DNA of 58,334 nt from contig NIVC01000492.1 of the NCBI GenBank assembly GCA_002269645.1, forward strand, positions 1-58,334. Reading direction: 5' to 3'. The stretch is from Macrostomum lignano (taxonomy: Eukaryota). Position numbers and translations under genes: made by a program. The notes under the pieces are model-generated. The model searched no databases. It saw only the letters and a list, made by a program, of their open reading frames with translations, and was not told the origin of the DNA. Positions 25,086 through 37,529 of this stretch are shown here, piece by piece (position 1 is the stretch's first letter; the number at the start of each line of letters is the position of its first letter).

Positions 25086-26204
25086 CTTTAAATGCCACAA
25101 AATCTCACTTTTCCCATTGGAAAATTTCCCACAACCAAGGCACCCTTTATTGTTTAACGATTTCAACACTCTCGTGAGAAAGTAACAAAAGAATTTCAAG
25201 CCTGTTTCAAAGTTGTCATGTTTTCAAACAATTTTTTGACGCCTAAAATTGTGAGAGAGAAAACGATGTCTTTGAGGGCTGGTAACTGGCGTCTTCATTA
25301 CAACACCTCTTGCCGCCTGCTGGGAGAAATTCTTGTCTATAGGGAATTCGAACGGTCTGTCCTGATGGACAAAGCTGCGAAGGATGTCTTGCGAGGGAGG
25401 GCTGGGTTAAAGTTAAAAAAATAGGCGCTAACGAAAAAGCAGATGTTGACCAGGCCGTCTAGCGTCTGGATTTCTGGAACCCGAGTTGCTAAGGCTGATG
25501 GGGGAGGCGAATGTTTTGGTCGCAATCTTTCCGGTGGACCCTGTTTCCAGTGACTAATCAAGTTGGTCAAAGACCCCCCCCCCAGCCCTTGTATCGGTTC
25601 CGCGGTCGGTGTGGGATCCGAGGATTGTTATTAAAGAAGTTCGGGACCAGCCATTCTTTCTGTCCCTGTCAGTCCCGAATCCTCTAAACCTGACCTGGTC
25701 ATCTGGAACTGCTTGCTGGCTGAAAGGTGAAGAGCGAAAAACGATTCGAACCTTGGGAGACTGACAGCCTCTTTAAGTTCGTCGTCGGTCACTTTCTCAC
25801 TGTTTTTTCAACACCAACTGCTTGGAGTTAGAGAAAATTGTTAAATAGAAATGAATAGTTTCAAGTCAATTTTAAATTTGCAGAAAAGCAATCAGTTTGT
25901 TATAGAAATTGTCAACATTTGCTAATCTGGCTACTTGTAGTAAAAATGCATTGAAAATGACAGAGTTTTTTTTGTAAAGAAACAATAATACTTGCTTTGT
26001 AAAATGTTTTGCGTGTACCTAATGAATTTTTGCACTTGACTTTGTTGAGATGAATAAAATTGTTGCTAAGTGTACATATCGTGTGTACCGCACCGATCGA
26101 TTCTTTTCTAGAGTTACCGGTCCTTCCGAGTTCCTTTTATTGGAGTTGAGAGCTGGCTGTGTATAACTGGTGAAAAGGTGACCTCAATATAACTACCTTA
26201 AACT

Positions 26205-26545
26205 GCCCATAATAATCACCATAAACTGCCCATAATAATCACCATAAACTTCCCATAATAATCGCCATAAACTTCCCATAATAATCGCCATAAACTTCCC
26301 ATAAGAATCGCCATAAAATCTCCGTAAGAATCGTCATAAACTGCCCATAATAATCGCCATAAACTTCCTATAATAATCGCCATAAACTTCCCATAATAAT
26401 CGCCATAAACTTCCCATAATAATCGCCATAAAATCTCCATAGGAATCGCCATAAACTTCCCATAATAATTGCCATAAACTTCCTATAATAATCGCCATAA
26501 AATCTCCATAGGAATCGCCATAAACTTCCTATAATAATCGCCATT
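26205..26545. repeat. 23-bp minisatellite (ATAATCGCCATAAACTTCCCATA)
   Basis: Visible array upstream of PTC7. Confidence 0.9.
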
Positions 26546-26829
26546 TTCTGGCTTAAGGTATTCCAAACAATGTCTCAAAAATTCCCAAAATATGTGCTTA
26601 AAAGTAATCCCAAGATTAAAAAGCAAACAAACAATCTGTTAAACTACTATTGGTAAGTAGTGTAATTAAAATTATAGCTCATAGAAGTGCAATATACTAA
26701 CATTACTGTTGCTTGAACATTCATTCAACTTCAAATTCAGCTTTTTGAAGAAATAAGTTTTACTTGAACTCCAGACAAAGTCGCGGAAAGCGTGTTAATC
26801 GTTCCCCTTAGCAACTAACTCAAAACGCG

Positions 26830-29218
26830 ATGACGCAACAGTTGACTGGCTCAATTCGTAAATTCGCCAGCTCGGCGCTGCAGCTTTGCGCCTCGGGTCG
26901 GCCGGCTCTGTACAAACTGCAGCAGCAGCAGCAGAAGAGAGGAGAAGGAAACGAAGCCGAACTGTCTATGGTCAAACTCGGTCTGGGCCAGTCCGGCGTG
27001 CGGCAGATTGGCGAAGACGCCATTCTGATTGGCCAAACTGGCGGCGATTGCGATGGTTTGTGATAAGGGGGAATCCGAATGCTGATGTGGGAAATCCCAG
27101 GTTGTACGTGATGGAAATCCCGCATGGATTTTCAAGGGAATCCCAGGCTGTACGTGACGTAGGGAGATCCCAGGTTGTACGGGACATAGGGGGATCCCGC
27201 ATTGATTTTAGGAAAATCTCAGTCTGTACGTGACGGAGGGAAATCCTGCAGTGATTCTATGGGTAATCCCAGGCTGTATGCAAAGGGCACAGGGAGTCAT
27301 GATTGCTGAGTCAATTATAGAAAATCGCAAGGTAAATAAAGCTGATTATACCGATGGGGAGAATTCCAATTTGTAGTCTTGCACACTGAGCGAACCCCTA
27401 TGATTTCTCAGCTCGTTTCCTCTCCTATCTCGCAGCCGAATTTTCCTATTTCGGCGTCGCGGACGGTGTCGGCGGCTGGCGCGACCAGGGTATCGATCCT
27501 GGCGAAGCGTCGCTCGCCCTCCTCGACGGCTGTCGCTCAGTATTCGACGCTTCGACGTCCTTGAAAGAGCTCCTGACGCGAGCGCACGGAGACTTGTTGA
27601 ACAGCCGTCGCGATTTAATTGGCTCCACAACTGTCTGTCTGGCTCGATATTCGACTGAAACTCGCCGGCTGGATGTGGCTAATCTGGGCGACAGCGGTCT
27701 GTGTGTTATGGACGCGGAGTTTCAGCTGCGAATGCGGACTCAATTTCAGTCCAATATGGGCGGTGTGTTTAATTGCCCGATGCAGCTGGCCTTTCCCAAG
27801 GCGCTGAGTGGGCAGTATCCAAAGTGAGAGCAATTTAATTAGCTGAGGGTTCAAAAAACGATAGCTGGCCGCAGCCAATGAGCGTCAAGTTAGGGGTTCG
27901 GAATAGAATCAGGAGTGAGGTGGGTGGTGGAAGGTAAGGAAGGATTGCTGCAGCCAATGAGCGTCAAGTTAGGGGTTCGGAATAGAATCAACAGTGAAGT
28001 GGGTGGTGGAAGGTAAGGAAGGATTGCTGCAGCCAATGAACGTCGAGTTAGGGGTTCGGAATAGAGTCGGGAGTGCGGTGGGTGGTAGCTGCAACCAAAG
28101 AGCATCAGTTTCAGCCAATGGGCTTTGAGGAAGGGTAAAAAAGTGAAGTTAGCATCGCCAGCTTAAATTCTTCGCTTTTGAAATGGTTAATTTTTTATAT
28201 TTAAAACCGCACAATTATTTAGGCCAGGAGAGTGTGAACTCTATTCAATTGTTTTGGAACCCGGCGACGTTGTACTGATGGCCACTGACGGTCTGTGGGA
28301 CAACCTCTACCAGAAAACTATTGAGGAGATTTTTCGACATGCCTTTCAGGTTTGACCTTTTTAGGAATGCAGTAGAGAGCATCCTTAACTAGCCTAAATA
28401 AACCTTGAGGGGACTTCCACTACATTGTCCTTTGACGGCACCAACCCACCTCACTCTCCTTTGATCTGCCGCCGCCGGCACCCACCCACCTCACTATCAT
28501 TTGATCTGCCGCCGCCGGCACCCACCCACCTCACTATCATTTGATCTGCCGCCGCCGGCACCCACCCACCTCACTATCATTTGATCTGCCGCCGCCGGCA
28601 CCCACCCACCTCACTATCATTTGATCTGCCGCCGCCGGCACCCACCCACCTCACTATCATTTGATCTGCCGTCGCCGGCACCCACCCACCTCACTATCAT
28701 TTGATCTGCCGCCGCCGGCACCCACCCACCTCACTATCATTTGATCTGCCGCCGCCGGCACCCACCCACCTCACTATCATTTGATCTGCCGCCGCCGGCA
28801 CCCACCCACCTCACTATCATTTGATCTGCCGCCGCCGGCACCCACCCCCTCACTATCATTTGATCTCCTGCCGACAAGCAGTCTTTATTTATTCCGGTTT
28901 TGTTTCAACCAACAGGCAAGTCGTATCAAAGTCTCCGAGCCCAAGACTGCAGCGGCTGCTCAACCTACGAAGTCGACAGTAGACGAGAGTGCTGAAGTTG
29001 AAACTGAAGCCAGCCCACCACTGGAGGCGGCTTCTCGAATCCTTGTAGACGCAGCCACTTACCTGTCAGCTGAGCAGAGCTATTTCTCGCCGTTCTGTCA
29101 GAGCGCCAAGGATGCCGGATTAAAGTACGTTGGCGGCAAAGAGGATGACATCTCGGTGGTCTTGGCGCGCCTTTGTCCCAGCCAAGCTGACGTTTCGACG
29201 CCCAAAGCTAAATTGTAG
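26830..29218 (+). CDS. PPTC7: Protein phosphatase PTC7 homolog (PP2C/PPM family), 4 exons: 26830-27055, 27436-27823, 28223-28349, 28916-29218 (347 aa)
   Basis: The spliced product has GEDA, GVADGVGGWRDQGIDP, IGSTTVC, ANLGDSG, FNCPMQL, GDVVLMATDGLWDN, SPFCQSA and GGKEDDISV. These are the PTC7 subfamily motifs, with all metal-binding Asp residues present. Phases 1, 2 and 0 are consistent. Confidence 0.92.
27865..28110. repeat. About 79-bp tandem repeat, about 3 copies (GCAGCCAATGAGCGTCAAGTTAGGGG...)
   Basis: Visible in PTC7 intron 2. Confidence 0.85.
28440..28870. repeat. 40-bp minisatellite (TTTGATCTGCCGCCGCCGGCACCCACCCACCTCACTATCA), about 10 copies
   Basis: Visible in PTC7 intron 3. Confidence 0.95.
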
Positions 29219-29324
29219 TGCTTCGACATCGAGAGTTGGTCGAGAAATGTTCAATTCGACTGTTATTTTGCAACGCATTTAAAACGAATTTTAGCAGCCG
29301 TAACTATGGCGATTTCTTATCCCA

Positions 29325-29855
29325 TCCGGTGGGATTTCCCTTCCTGTGGGATTTCCATTCCGGTAGGATTTCCCTCCTAATAGGATTTCCCTCCCGATAG
29401 GATTTCCCTCCCGATAGGATTTCCCTCCCGGTAGGATTTCCCATCCAGTAGGGGTTCCCTTCCGGTAGGATTTCCTTTCCGGTAGGATTTCCCATCTGGT
29501 AGGGTTTCCCATCCGGTAGGATTTCCCTTCCGGCAGGATTTCCTTTCTGATAGGACTTCCTTTCTGGTAGGATTTCCCTTCCGGTAGGATTTCCTTTCTG
29601 GTAGGATTTCCCATCCAGTAGGATTTCCCATCCGGTAGGATTTCCCTTCCGGTAGGATTTCCTTTCTGGTAGGATTTCCCTTCCGGTAGGATTTCCTTTC
29701 TGGTAGGATTTCCCATCCGGTAGGATTTCCTTTCTGGTAGGATTTCCCATCCGGTAGGATTTCCTTTCTGGTAGGATTTCCCATCCGGTAGGATTTCCCA
29801 TCCGGTAGGATTTCCCATCCGGTAGAATTTCCCATCCGGTAGGATTTCCCTTCAG
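29325..29855. repeat. 17-bp minisatellite (GTAGGATTTCCCATCCG)
   Basis: Visible array downstream of the PTC7 stop. Confidence 0.92.
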
Positions 29856-30257
29856 GTTGGGTTGGGTTAGTTTGGCAGGAACTCTTAGCTTGATTTCCTC
29901 TATCGGGATTCACCTTGATGGAATTTCCTTCGAAAATTCACATTCAATCTCTATTCTCTTGCAAAATCATGTAGTTGCAATTTCATGAATAATGTTGTAA
30001 TGTTTAGTGTTTTAAAATTGATAAGCTTTTAAAACATAAGTCATAAAACAGCCTCTCAAAACGATATTTTGTAAACTTAAAACTATAAACTGTTAAGTGC
30101 TTCATTAAAGCAGGGAAGTGAAACCATTTAAATAATTGTTGATTTTCGAGGACAATGGGTTGGCTATCAGTGTCCTGTCAAATATTGTACATGTACGAAT
30201 GAGTATACTTTTATAGTGTTGCTTTTACTATTATTTTTTTCATTGCATATTGCAGTC

Positions 30258-30315
30258 AGTGTCTGTCTGTCTGTCTGTCTGTCTTTCTGTCTGTCTGTCT
30301 GTCTGTCTGTCTGAC

Positions 30316-30356
<41 letters not shown>

Positions 30357-30373
30357 TTCTGTCTGTCTGTCTT

Positions 30374-30422
<49 letters not shown>

Positions 30423-31420
30423 GTGTCTGTCTGTGTGTCTGTGTGTCTGTCTGTCTTTCTGTCAACAGAAGCACAGGTAGACTCAAACCTTAACAATTAA
30501 CAAAGGACGCACGCCTCACTCACTCACTCACTCACTCACTCATCACTCACTCACTCATCACTCACTCACTCATCACTCACTTATCACTCACTCACTCACT
30601 CACTCACTCACTCACTCACTCACTCACTCACTCACCACTCACTCATTCACTCACTCACTCACTTACTCACTCACTCACTCACTCACTCACTCACTCACCA
30701 CTCACTCACTCACTCACTCACTCACTCACTCATCACTCACTCACTCACTCACTCACTCACCACTCACTCACTCACTCACTCACTCACTCATCACTCACTC
30801 ACTCACTCACTCACTCACTCACTCACTCACTCATCACTCACTCACTCATCACTCACTCACTCACTCACTCACTCACTCACTCACTCACTCACTCACTCAC
30901 TCATCACTCACTCACTCATCACTCACTCACTCACTCACTCACTCACTCACTCACTCACTCACTCACTCACTCACCACTCACTCATTCACTCACTCACTCA
31001 CTTACTCACTCACTCACTCACTCACTCACTCACTCACTTATCACTCACTCACTCACTCACTCACTCACTCACTCACCACTCACTCATTCACTCACTCACT
31101 CACTTATCACTCACTCACTCACTCACTCACTCACTCACTCACCACTCACTCATTCACTCACTCACTCACTTACTCACTCACTCACTCACTCACTCACTCA
31201 CTCACTCACTCACTCACCACTCACTCACTCACTCACTCACTCACTCACTCACTCACTCACTCACTCACTCACTCACTCACTCACTCACTCACTCACTCAT
31301 CACTCACTCATCACTCACTCACTCACTTACTCACTCATCACTCACTCACTCACTCACTCACTCACTCATCACTCACTCACTCACTCACTCACTCACTCAT
31401 CACTCACTCATTCACTCACC
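30258..31420. repeat. (TCTG)n at 30258-30465 followed by (ACTC)n at 30515-31420
   Basis: Visible directly. Confidence 0.96.
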
Positions 31421-32019
31421 CCCACTCACCGATCATGAAATCATAAACCTACTTACAGATTTCCAAGCAAATTTCAAAATTGCAAACCTTAATACAATCA
31501 GGATATTCTAAATTTTTTTTATGTACAGGGTTTGCGAGCTCATCAACTTTGTCAGCTCCCTGTCACGTGAGCACCAACCAACCCTTGCGTCTAGCACGTA
31601 AAAATGCGTTGTCATACTTTTCGTTTTCATAAGATAAGGATGTGTCATGCAGCATGCCCGTGCGACACGGTGAATATCTTTTCAAATCTTTTCCTCACCC
31701 TTCTGACACGTGATTTTGATAAACTAAACAGGGTAGAAAAAAGTAATGGTGCGGAAGAATATAAACAAAGTTTTTACCCGTGACAGTTGCACTTTCTTGA
31801 CCACTTCTTGCACTTCTTTTCCTGTTAGACAGCTTATCGACCGAATTCCCAAACCCATTATGTATAATGAATATTTAATGACCCTAGCCAATCCTTTGAA
31901 AAATCTTCCATAAATTATTTCCCAATTTATCTTATTTCTTTAATTAAACTGACGTATCCAATTATTCAAAACGATTTTTTTGTATATGCTTTCCCACAAA
32001 CTGCCCAAATAAATACCCA

Positions 32020-35000
32020 CTGCTTGCTCAAAATAATTCCCTCTTCACTGTTTGCTCAGAATAATTCCCTCTTCACTGTTTGCTCAGAATAATTCCCTCT
32101 TCACTGTTTGCTCAAAATGATTCCCTCTTCACTGCTTGCTCAAAATGATTCCCTTTTCACTGCTTGCTCAAAATGATTCCCTTTTCACTGCTTGCTCAAA
32201 ATGATTCCCTTTTCACTGCTTGCTCAGAATAATTCCCTCTTCACTGCTTGCTCAAAATAATTCCCTCTTCACTGCTTGCTCAAAATAATTCCCTCTTCAC
32301 TGCTTGCTCAGAATAATTCCCTCTTCACTGTTTGCTCAGAATAATTCCCTCTTCACTGCTTGCTCAAAATAATTCCCTCTTCACTGCTTGCTCAAAATAA
32401 TTCCCTCTTCACTGTTTGCTCAGAATAATTCCCTCTTCACTGCTTGTTCAAAATAATCCCCTCTTCACTGCTTGCTCAAAATAATTCCCCTCTTCGATGC
32501 TTTCTCAAAATAATTCCCTCTTCACTGTTTGCTCAAAATAATTCCCTCTTCACTGCTTGCTCAAAATAATTCCCTCTTCACTGCTTGCTCAAAATGATTC
32601 CCTCTTCACTGCTTGCTCAAAATGATTCCCTCTTCACTGCTTGCTCAAAATAATTCCCTCTTCACTGCTTGCTCAAAATAATTCCCTCTTCACTGCTTGC
32701 TCAAAATACGAGCTAATTCCCTCTTCACTGCTTGCTCAAAATAATTCCCTCTTCACTGCTTGCTCAAAATAATTCCCTCTTCACTGCTTGCTCAAAATGA
32801 TTCCCTCTTCACTGCTTGCTCAAAATAATTCCCTCTTCACTGCTTGCTCAAAATAATTCCCTCTTCACTGCTTGCTCAAAATAATTCCCCCTTCACTGCT
32901 TGCTCAAAATAATTCCCTCTTCACTGCTTGCTCAAAATGATTCCCTCTTCACTGCTTGCTCAAAATAATTCCCTCTTCACTGCTTGCTCAAAATAATTCC
33001 CTCTTCACTGCTTGCTCAAAATGATTCCCTTTTCACTGCTTGCTCAAAATAATTCCCTCTTCACTGCTTGCTCAAAATAATTCCCTCTTCACTGCTTGCT
33101 CAAAATGATTCCCTTTTCACTGCTTGCTCAAAATGATTCCCTTTTCACTGCTTGCTCAAAATAATTCCCTCTTCACTGCTTGCTCAAAATAATTCCCTCT
33201 TCACTGCTTGCTCAAAATGATTCCCTTTTCACTGCTTGCTCAAAATAATTCCCTCTTCACTGCTTGCTCAAAATAATTCCCTCTTCACTGCTTGCTCAAA
33301 ATGATTCCCTTTTCACTGCTTGCTCAAAATGATTCCCTTTTCACTGCTTGCTCAGAATAATTCCCTCTTCACTGCTTGCTCAAAATAATTCCCTCTTCAC
33401 TGCTTGCTCAAAATAATTCCCTCTTCACTGCTTGCTCAAAATAATTCCCCTCTTCAGTGCTTGCTCAAAATAATTCCCTCTTCACTGCTTGCTCAAAATA
33501 ATTCCCTCTTCACTGTTTGCTCAGAATAATTCCCTCTTCACTGTTTGCTCAGAATAATTCCCTCTTCACTGCTTGTTCAAAATAATTCCCTCTTCACTGT
33601 TTGCTCAGAATAATTTCCTCTTCACTGCTTGTTCAAATTCAAAATAATTCCCTCTTCACTGTTTGCTCAGAATAATTCCCTCTTCACTGTTTGCTCAGAA
33701 TAATTCCCTCTTCACTGTTTGCTCAGAATAATTCCCTCTTCACTGTTTGCTCAAAATAATTCCCTCTTCACTGCTTGCTCAAAATGATTCCCTTTTCACT
33801 GCTTGTTCAAAATAATTCCCTCTTCACTGTTTGCTCAAAATAATTCCCTCTTCACTGTTTGCTCAGAATAATTCCCTCTTCACTGCTTGCTCAAAATAAT
33901 TCCCTCTTCACTGCTTGCTCAAAATAATTCCCTCTTCACTGTTTGCTCAGAATAATTCCCTCTTCACTGCTTGTTCAAAATAATCCCCTCTTCACTGCTT
34001 GCTCAAAATAATTCCCCTCTTCGATGCTTTCTCAAAATAATTCCCTCTTCACTGTTTGCTCAAAATAATTCCCTCTTCACTGCTTGCTCAAAATAATTCC
34101 CTCTTCACTGCTTGCTCAAAATGATTCCCTCTTCACTGCTTGCTCAAAATGATTCCCTCTTCACTGCTTGCTCAAAATAATTCCCTCTTCACTGCTTGCT
34201 CAAAATAATTCCCTCTTCACTGCTTGCTCAAAATACGAGCTAATTCCCTCTTCACTGCTTGCTCAAAATAATTCCCTCTTCACTGCTTGCTCAAAATAAT
34301 TCCCTCTTCACTGCTTGCTCAAAATGATTCCCTCTTCACTGCTTGCTCAAAATAATTCCCTCTTCACTGCTTGCTCAAAATAATTCCCTCTTCACTGCTT
34401 GCTCAAAATAATTCCCTCTTCACTGCTTGCTCAAAATAATTCCCTCTTCACTGCTTGCTCAAAATTATTCCCTCTTCACTGCTTGCTCAAAATAATTCCC
34501 TCTTCACTGCTTGCTCAAAATAATTCCCTCTTCACTGCTTGCTCAAAATGATTCCCTTTTCACTGCTTGCTCAAAATAATTCCCTCTTCACTGCTTGCTC
34601 AAAATAATTCCCTCTTCACTGCTTGCTCAAAATGATTCCCTTTTCACTGCTTGCTCAAAATGATTCCCTTTTCACTGCTTGCTCAGAATAATTCCCTCTT
34701 CACTGCTTGCTCAAAATAATTCCCTCTTCACTGCTTGCTCAAAATAATTCCCTCTTCACTGCTTGCTCAAAATAATTCCCCTCTTCAGTGCTTGCTCAAA
34801 ATAATTCCCTCTTCACTGCTTGCTCAAAATAATTCCCTCTTCACTGTTTGCTCAGAATAATTCCCTCTTAACTGTTTGCTCAGAATAATTCCCTCTTCAC
34901 TGCTTGTTCAAAATAATTCCCTCTTCACTGTTTGCTCAGAATAATTTCCTCTTCACTGCTTGTTCAAATTCAAAATAATTCCCTCTTCACTGTTTGCTCA

Positions 35001-35330
35001 GAATAATTCCCTCTTCACTGTTTGCTCAGAATAATTCCCTCTTCACTGTTTGCTCAGAATAATTCCCTCTTCACTGTTTGCTCAAAATAATTCCCTCTTC
35101 ACTGCTTGCTCAAAATGATTCCCTTTTCACTGCTTGTTCAAAATAATTCCCTCTTCACTGTTTGCTCAAAATAATTCCCTCTTCACTGTTTGCTCAGAAT
35201 AATTCCCTCTTCACTGTTTGCTCAGAATAATTCCCTCTTCACTGCTTGCTCAAAATGATTCCCTCTTCACTGCTTGCTCAAAATAATTCCCTCTTCACTG
35301 CTTGCTCAAAATAATTCCCTCTTCACTGTT
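32020..35330. repeat. 3.3-kb satellite, 28-bp unit (CTGCTTGCTCAAAATAATTCCCTCTTCA), about 118 copies
   Basis: Visible array with higher-order duplication. Confidence 0.97.
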
Positions 35331-35738
35331 GGTTCAAAGTAACTATCCACACTAATTATTTAAAATAATTCCCCTCCGCTAGATAGACTGCACAAAATAA
35401 TTCCCCAGCAACTAATTTCGAAATAGCGATCCCTCATAAGGTTTAGCAGTCCTTTAAAACCACCTTTAAGCGCACTTCACTAGTAGGGTAAACTGCCAGA
35501 CCCTAGGCTGAGCTCGTACAGTCAGCTGACTGCCTTATCGATAAAAAACGTGAAGTTAGGAAAATAAATTTTAATTTTTCACCACGTGTTAAAAACCCTG
35601 GACCATGATGAACTCTAAACTCAAATTAAAAAAGATTATATAAGCAGACAATAAAAACTGTATATTTTTCAGAAACGTTCCCAGACGTTATCGACATATT
35701 TATTATTAAACTTGGATATCAAGTTCGATTTTTCCAGC

Positions 35739-37429
35739 ATGCCAGAATCTGACTCTGAGCAGGCTTTGAAATTTGTCGAATCGAAAATTTCCAGCTCGAA
35801 TTGTAGTTCAAATAGCAGCTACATTGCTGTCCCAAGACCATTGCGCTTTGTAGTGCTACTGGTGTTGCTTATCTCTGCACTCGCTTCAGCGGCCATTGTT
35901 CTCTGCTTTGTCAGTCATCATCGCAGCCAGCCTCCCACTGTGAGTACAGGGGATCAGTTCCTGTTAGATAGGACCAGTTCCTGTTAGATAGGACCAGTTC
36001 CTGTTAGATAGGACCAGTTCCTGTTAGATAGGATGAGTTCCTGTTAGATAGGACCAGTTCCTGTTAGATAGGATAAGCTCCTGTTAGATAGGATCAGTTC
36101 CAGTTAGATAGGACCAGTTCCTGTTACATAGGATCAGTTCCTGTTAGACAGGATCAGTTCCTGTTACATAGGATCAGTTCCTGTTACATAGGATCAGTTC
36201 CTGTTACATAGGATCAGTTCCTGTTACATAGGGTCAGCTCCTGTTAGATAGGATCAGTTCCAGTTAGATAGGATCAGTTCCTGTAACATTGCAGCCTTGC
36301 GTTTCGCTGTCAATCAATCGATCTGCAATTCAACATTGTCGCGGTGAAAGCGCTGGTGGAATTTCGGCAGGCCACCAGAATCTGTTGACCACCCCGTGTC
36401 TGACTGAGGAGGGCCTCATGCTGACTGATTCAGGTTGGTCAAACTATTCATGGAGGCGGGCGTGTTCTCACTTTCTTGCTGCATAATGTGCATCACCCTG
36501 TCGCATGAGTTTGAGCATGAGCAGTGCACTCCTGCATATTTTTAGAAAGGTCACTCGGTCCGCTAGTCTGCGATGCGAGTTCACACTCTGCCGCCGGCGA
36601 TTGCAAGCATTCCGGCTTCCTTTTGAATGACAAAAGAGACGTGCTAGTCGCGTTGAGTAACGGCATTTATGTGATCCATTCCACTGTAAGAGTAAAATAA
36701 ATTTAACTTTTAAAAGGTTTTTGGATATTTTTCAGGCTATTTTTAGAATAAGTTTGATGATTAAATGGATAGTGACGTGTCGCTCTCCTATTGGTCGGGC
36801 TATTTCTAGAATCAGTCTTGATGGAAATGATAGTGACGTGTCGCTCTCCTATTGGTCGGGCTATTTCTAGAATCAGTCTTGATGGAAATGATAGTGACGT
36901 GTCGCTCTTCTATTGGGTTGGGCTATTTTTAGAATCAGTCTTGATGGAAATGGTAGTGACGTGTCGCTCTTCTATTGGTCATGCTATTTTTAGAATCAGT
37001 CTTGATGGAAATAGTAGTGACGTGTCGCTCTTCTATTGGTCATGCTATTCTTAGAATCAGTCTTGATGGAAATGATAGTGACGTGTCGCTGTCCTATTGG
37101 TCGGGCTATTTGTAGAATCAAAAATTTCTTTGCAGTATCTAAACAAACAAAAAATCGAAAAAACAACACAGGTGACCTTCATAGACAACAACTCCAAGAA
37201 TCACGTGACATTTAGCGTCATGGTTAACGGCAAGATCCGATTCGACTGCGCCAGTCACAGCGCCCACATCGAGTCGAGAAATCGCTTCACAGCGTGCACT
37301 GTGAACGGGCTGCTCAAACTGCGCCGTGGCGACTCTGTGAGCTTCCGGGTTCGCAGTTCCTATCGAAGCATCAATCCGCACAAACCTGCTACCCATTTTG
37401 CTCTGTACTTGGTCTCCCGATCAGGATAA
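35739..37429 (+). CDS. TNF-superfamily ligand-like type II membrane protein (paralog A), 4 exons: 35739-35939, 36295-36433, 36546-36685, 37172-37429 (about 245 aa)
   Basis: Short cytoplasmic N-terminus, TM segment (FVVLLVLLISALASAAIVLCFV), then a TNF-homology pattern: VLVALSNGIYVIHSTVTF, FDCASH...FTACTVNGLLKLRRGDSVSFRV...SINP...THFALYLV. Phases 0, 1 and 0 are consistent. The last acceptor was placed at 37171 by homology to paralog B; an in-frame alternative lies at 37135. Confidence 0.8.
35950..36285. repeat. 20-bp minisatellite (GGATCAGTTCCTGTTAGATA) filling TNF-A intron 1
   Basis: Visible array. Confidence 0.94.
36745..37120. repeat. 61-bp tandem repeat, 6 copies, in the last intron of TNF-A
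   Basis: Each copy contains TGACGTGT-N9-ATTGG. Confidence 0.94.
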
Positions 37430-37529
37430 GCATAAAAAATCCAGACACTTCAAATTGTCACGACTAACTTGGCTGCCAAATTTCGTAAAAAATTTTTACA
37501 TGTAACAACGATGAAAGAAAACCTTGTTG

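Noticed and set aside
25100-25850. Unique GC-moderate stretch with 68-77 aa ORFs downstream of Eph
   Set aside because: No recognisable motif, splice logic or terminal repeats. It could be a decayed transposon, but this is unsupported.
28440-37120. Regularly spaced direct repeats suggesting CRISPR arrays
   Set aside because: There are no unique spacers, the context is eukaryotic and intronic, and no cas genes are present.
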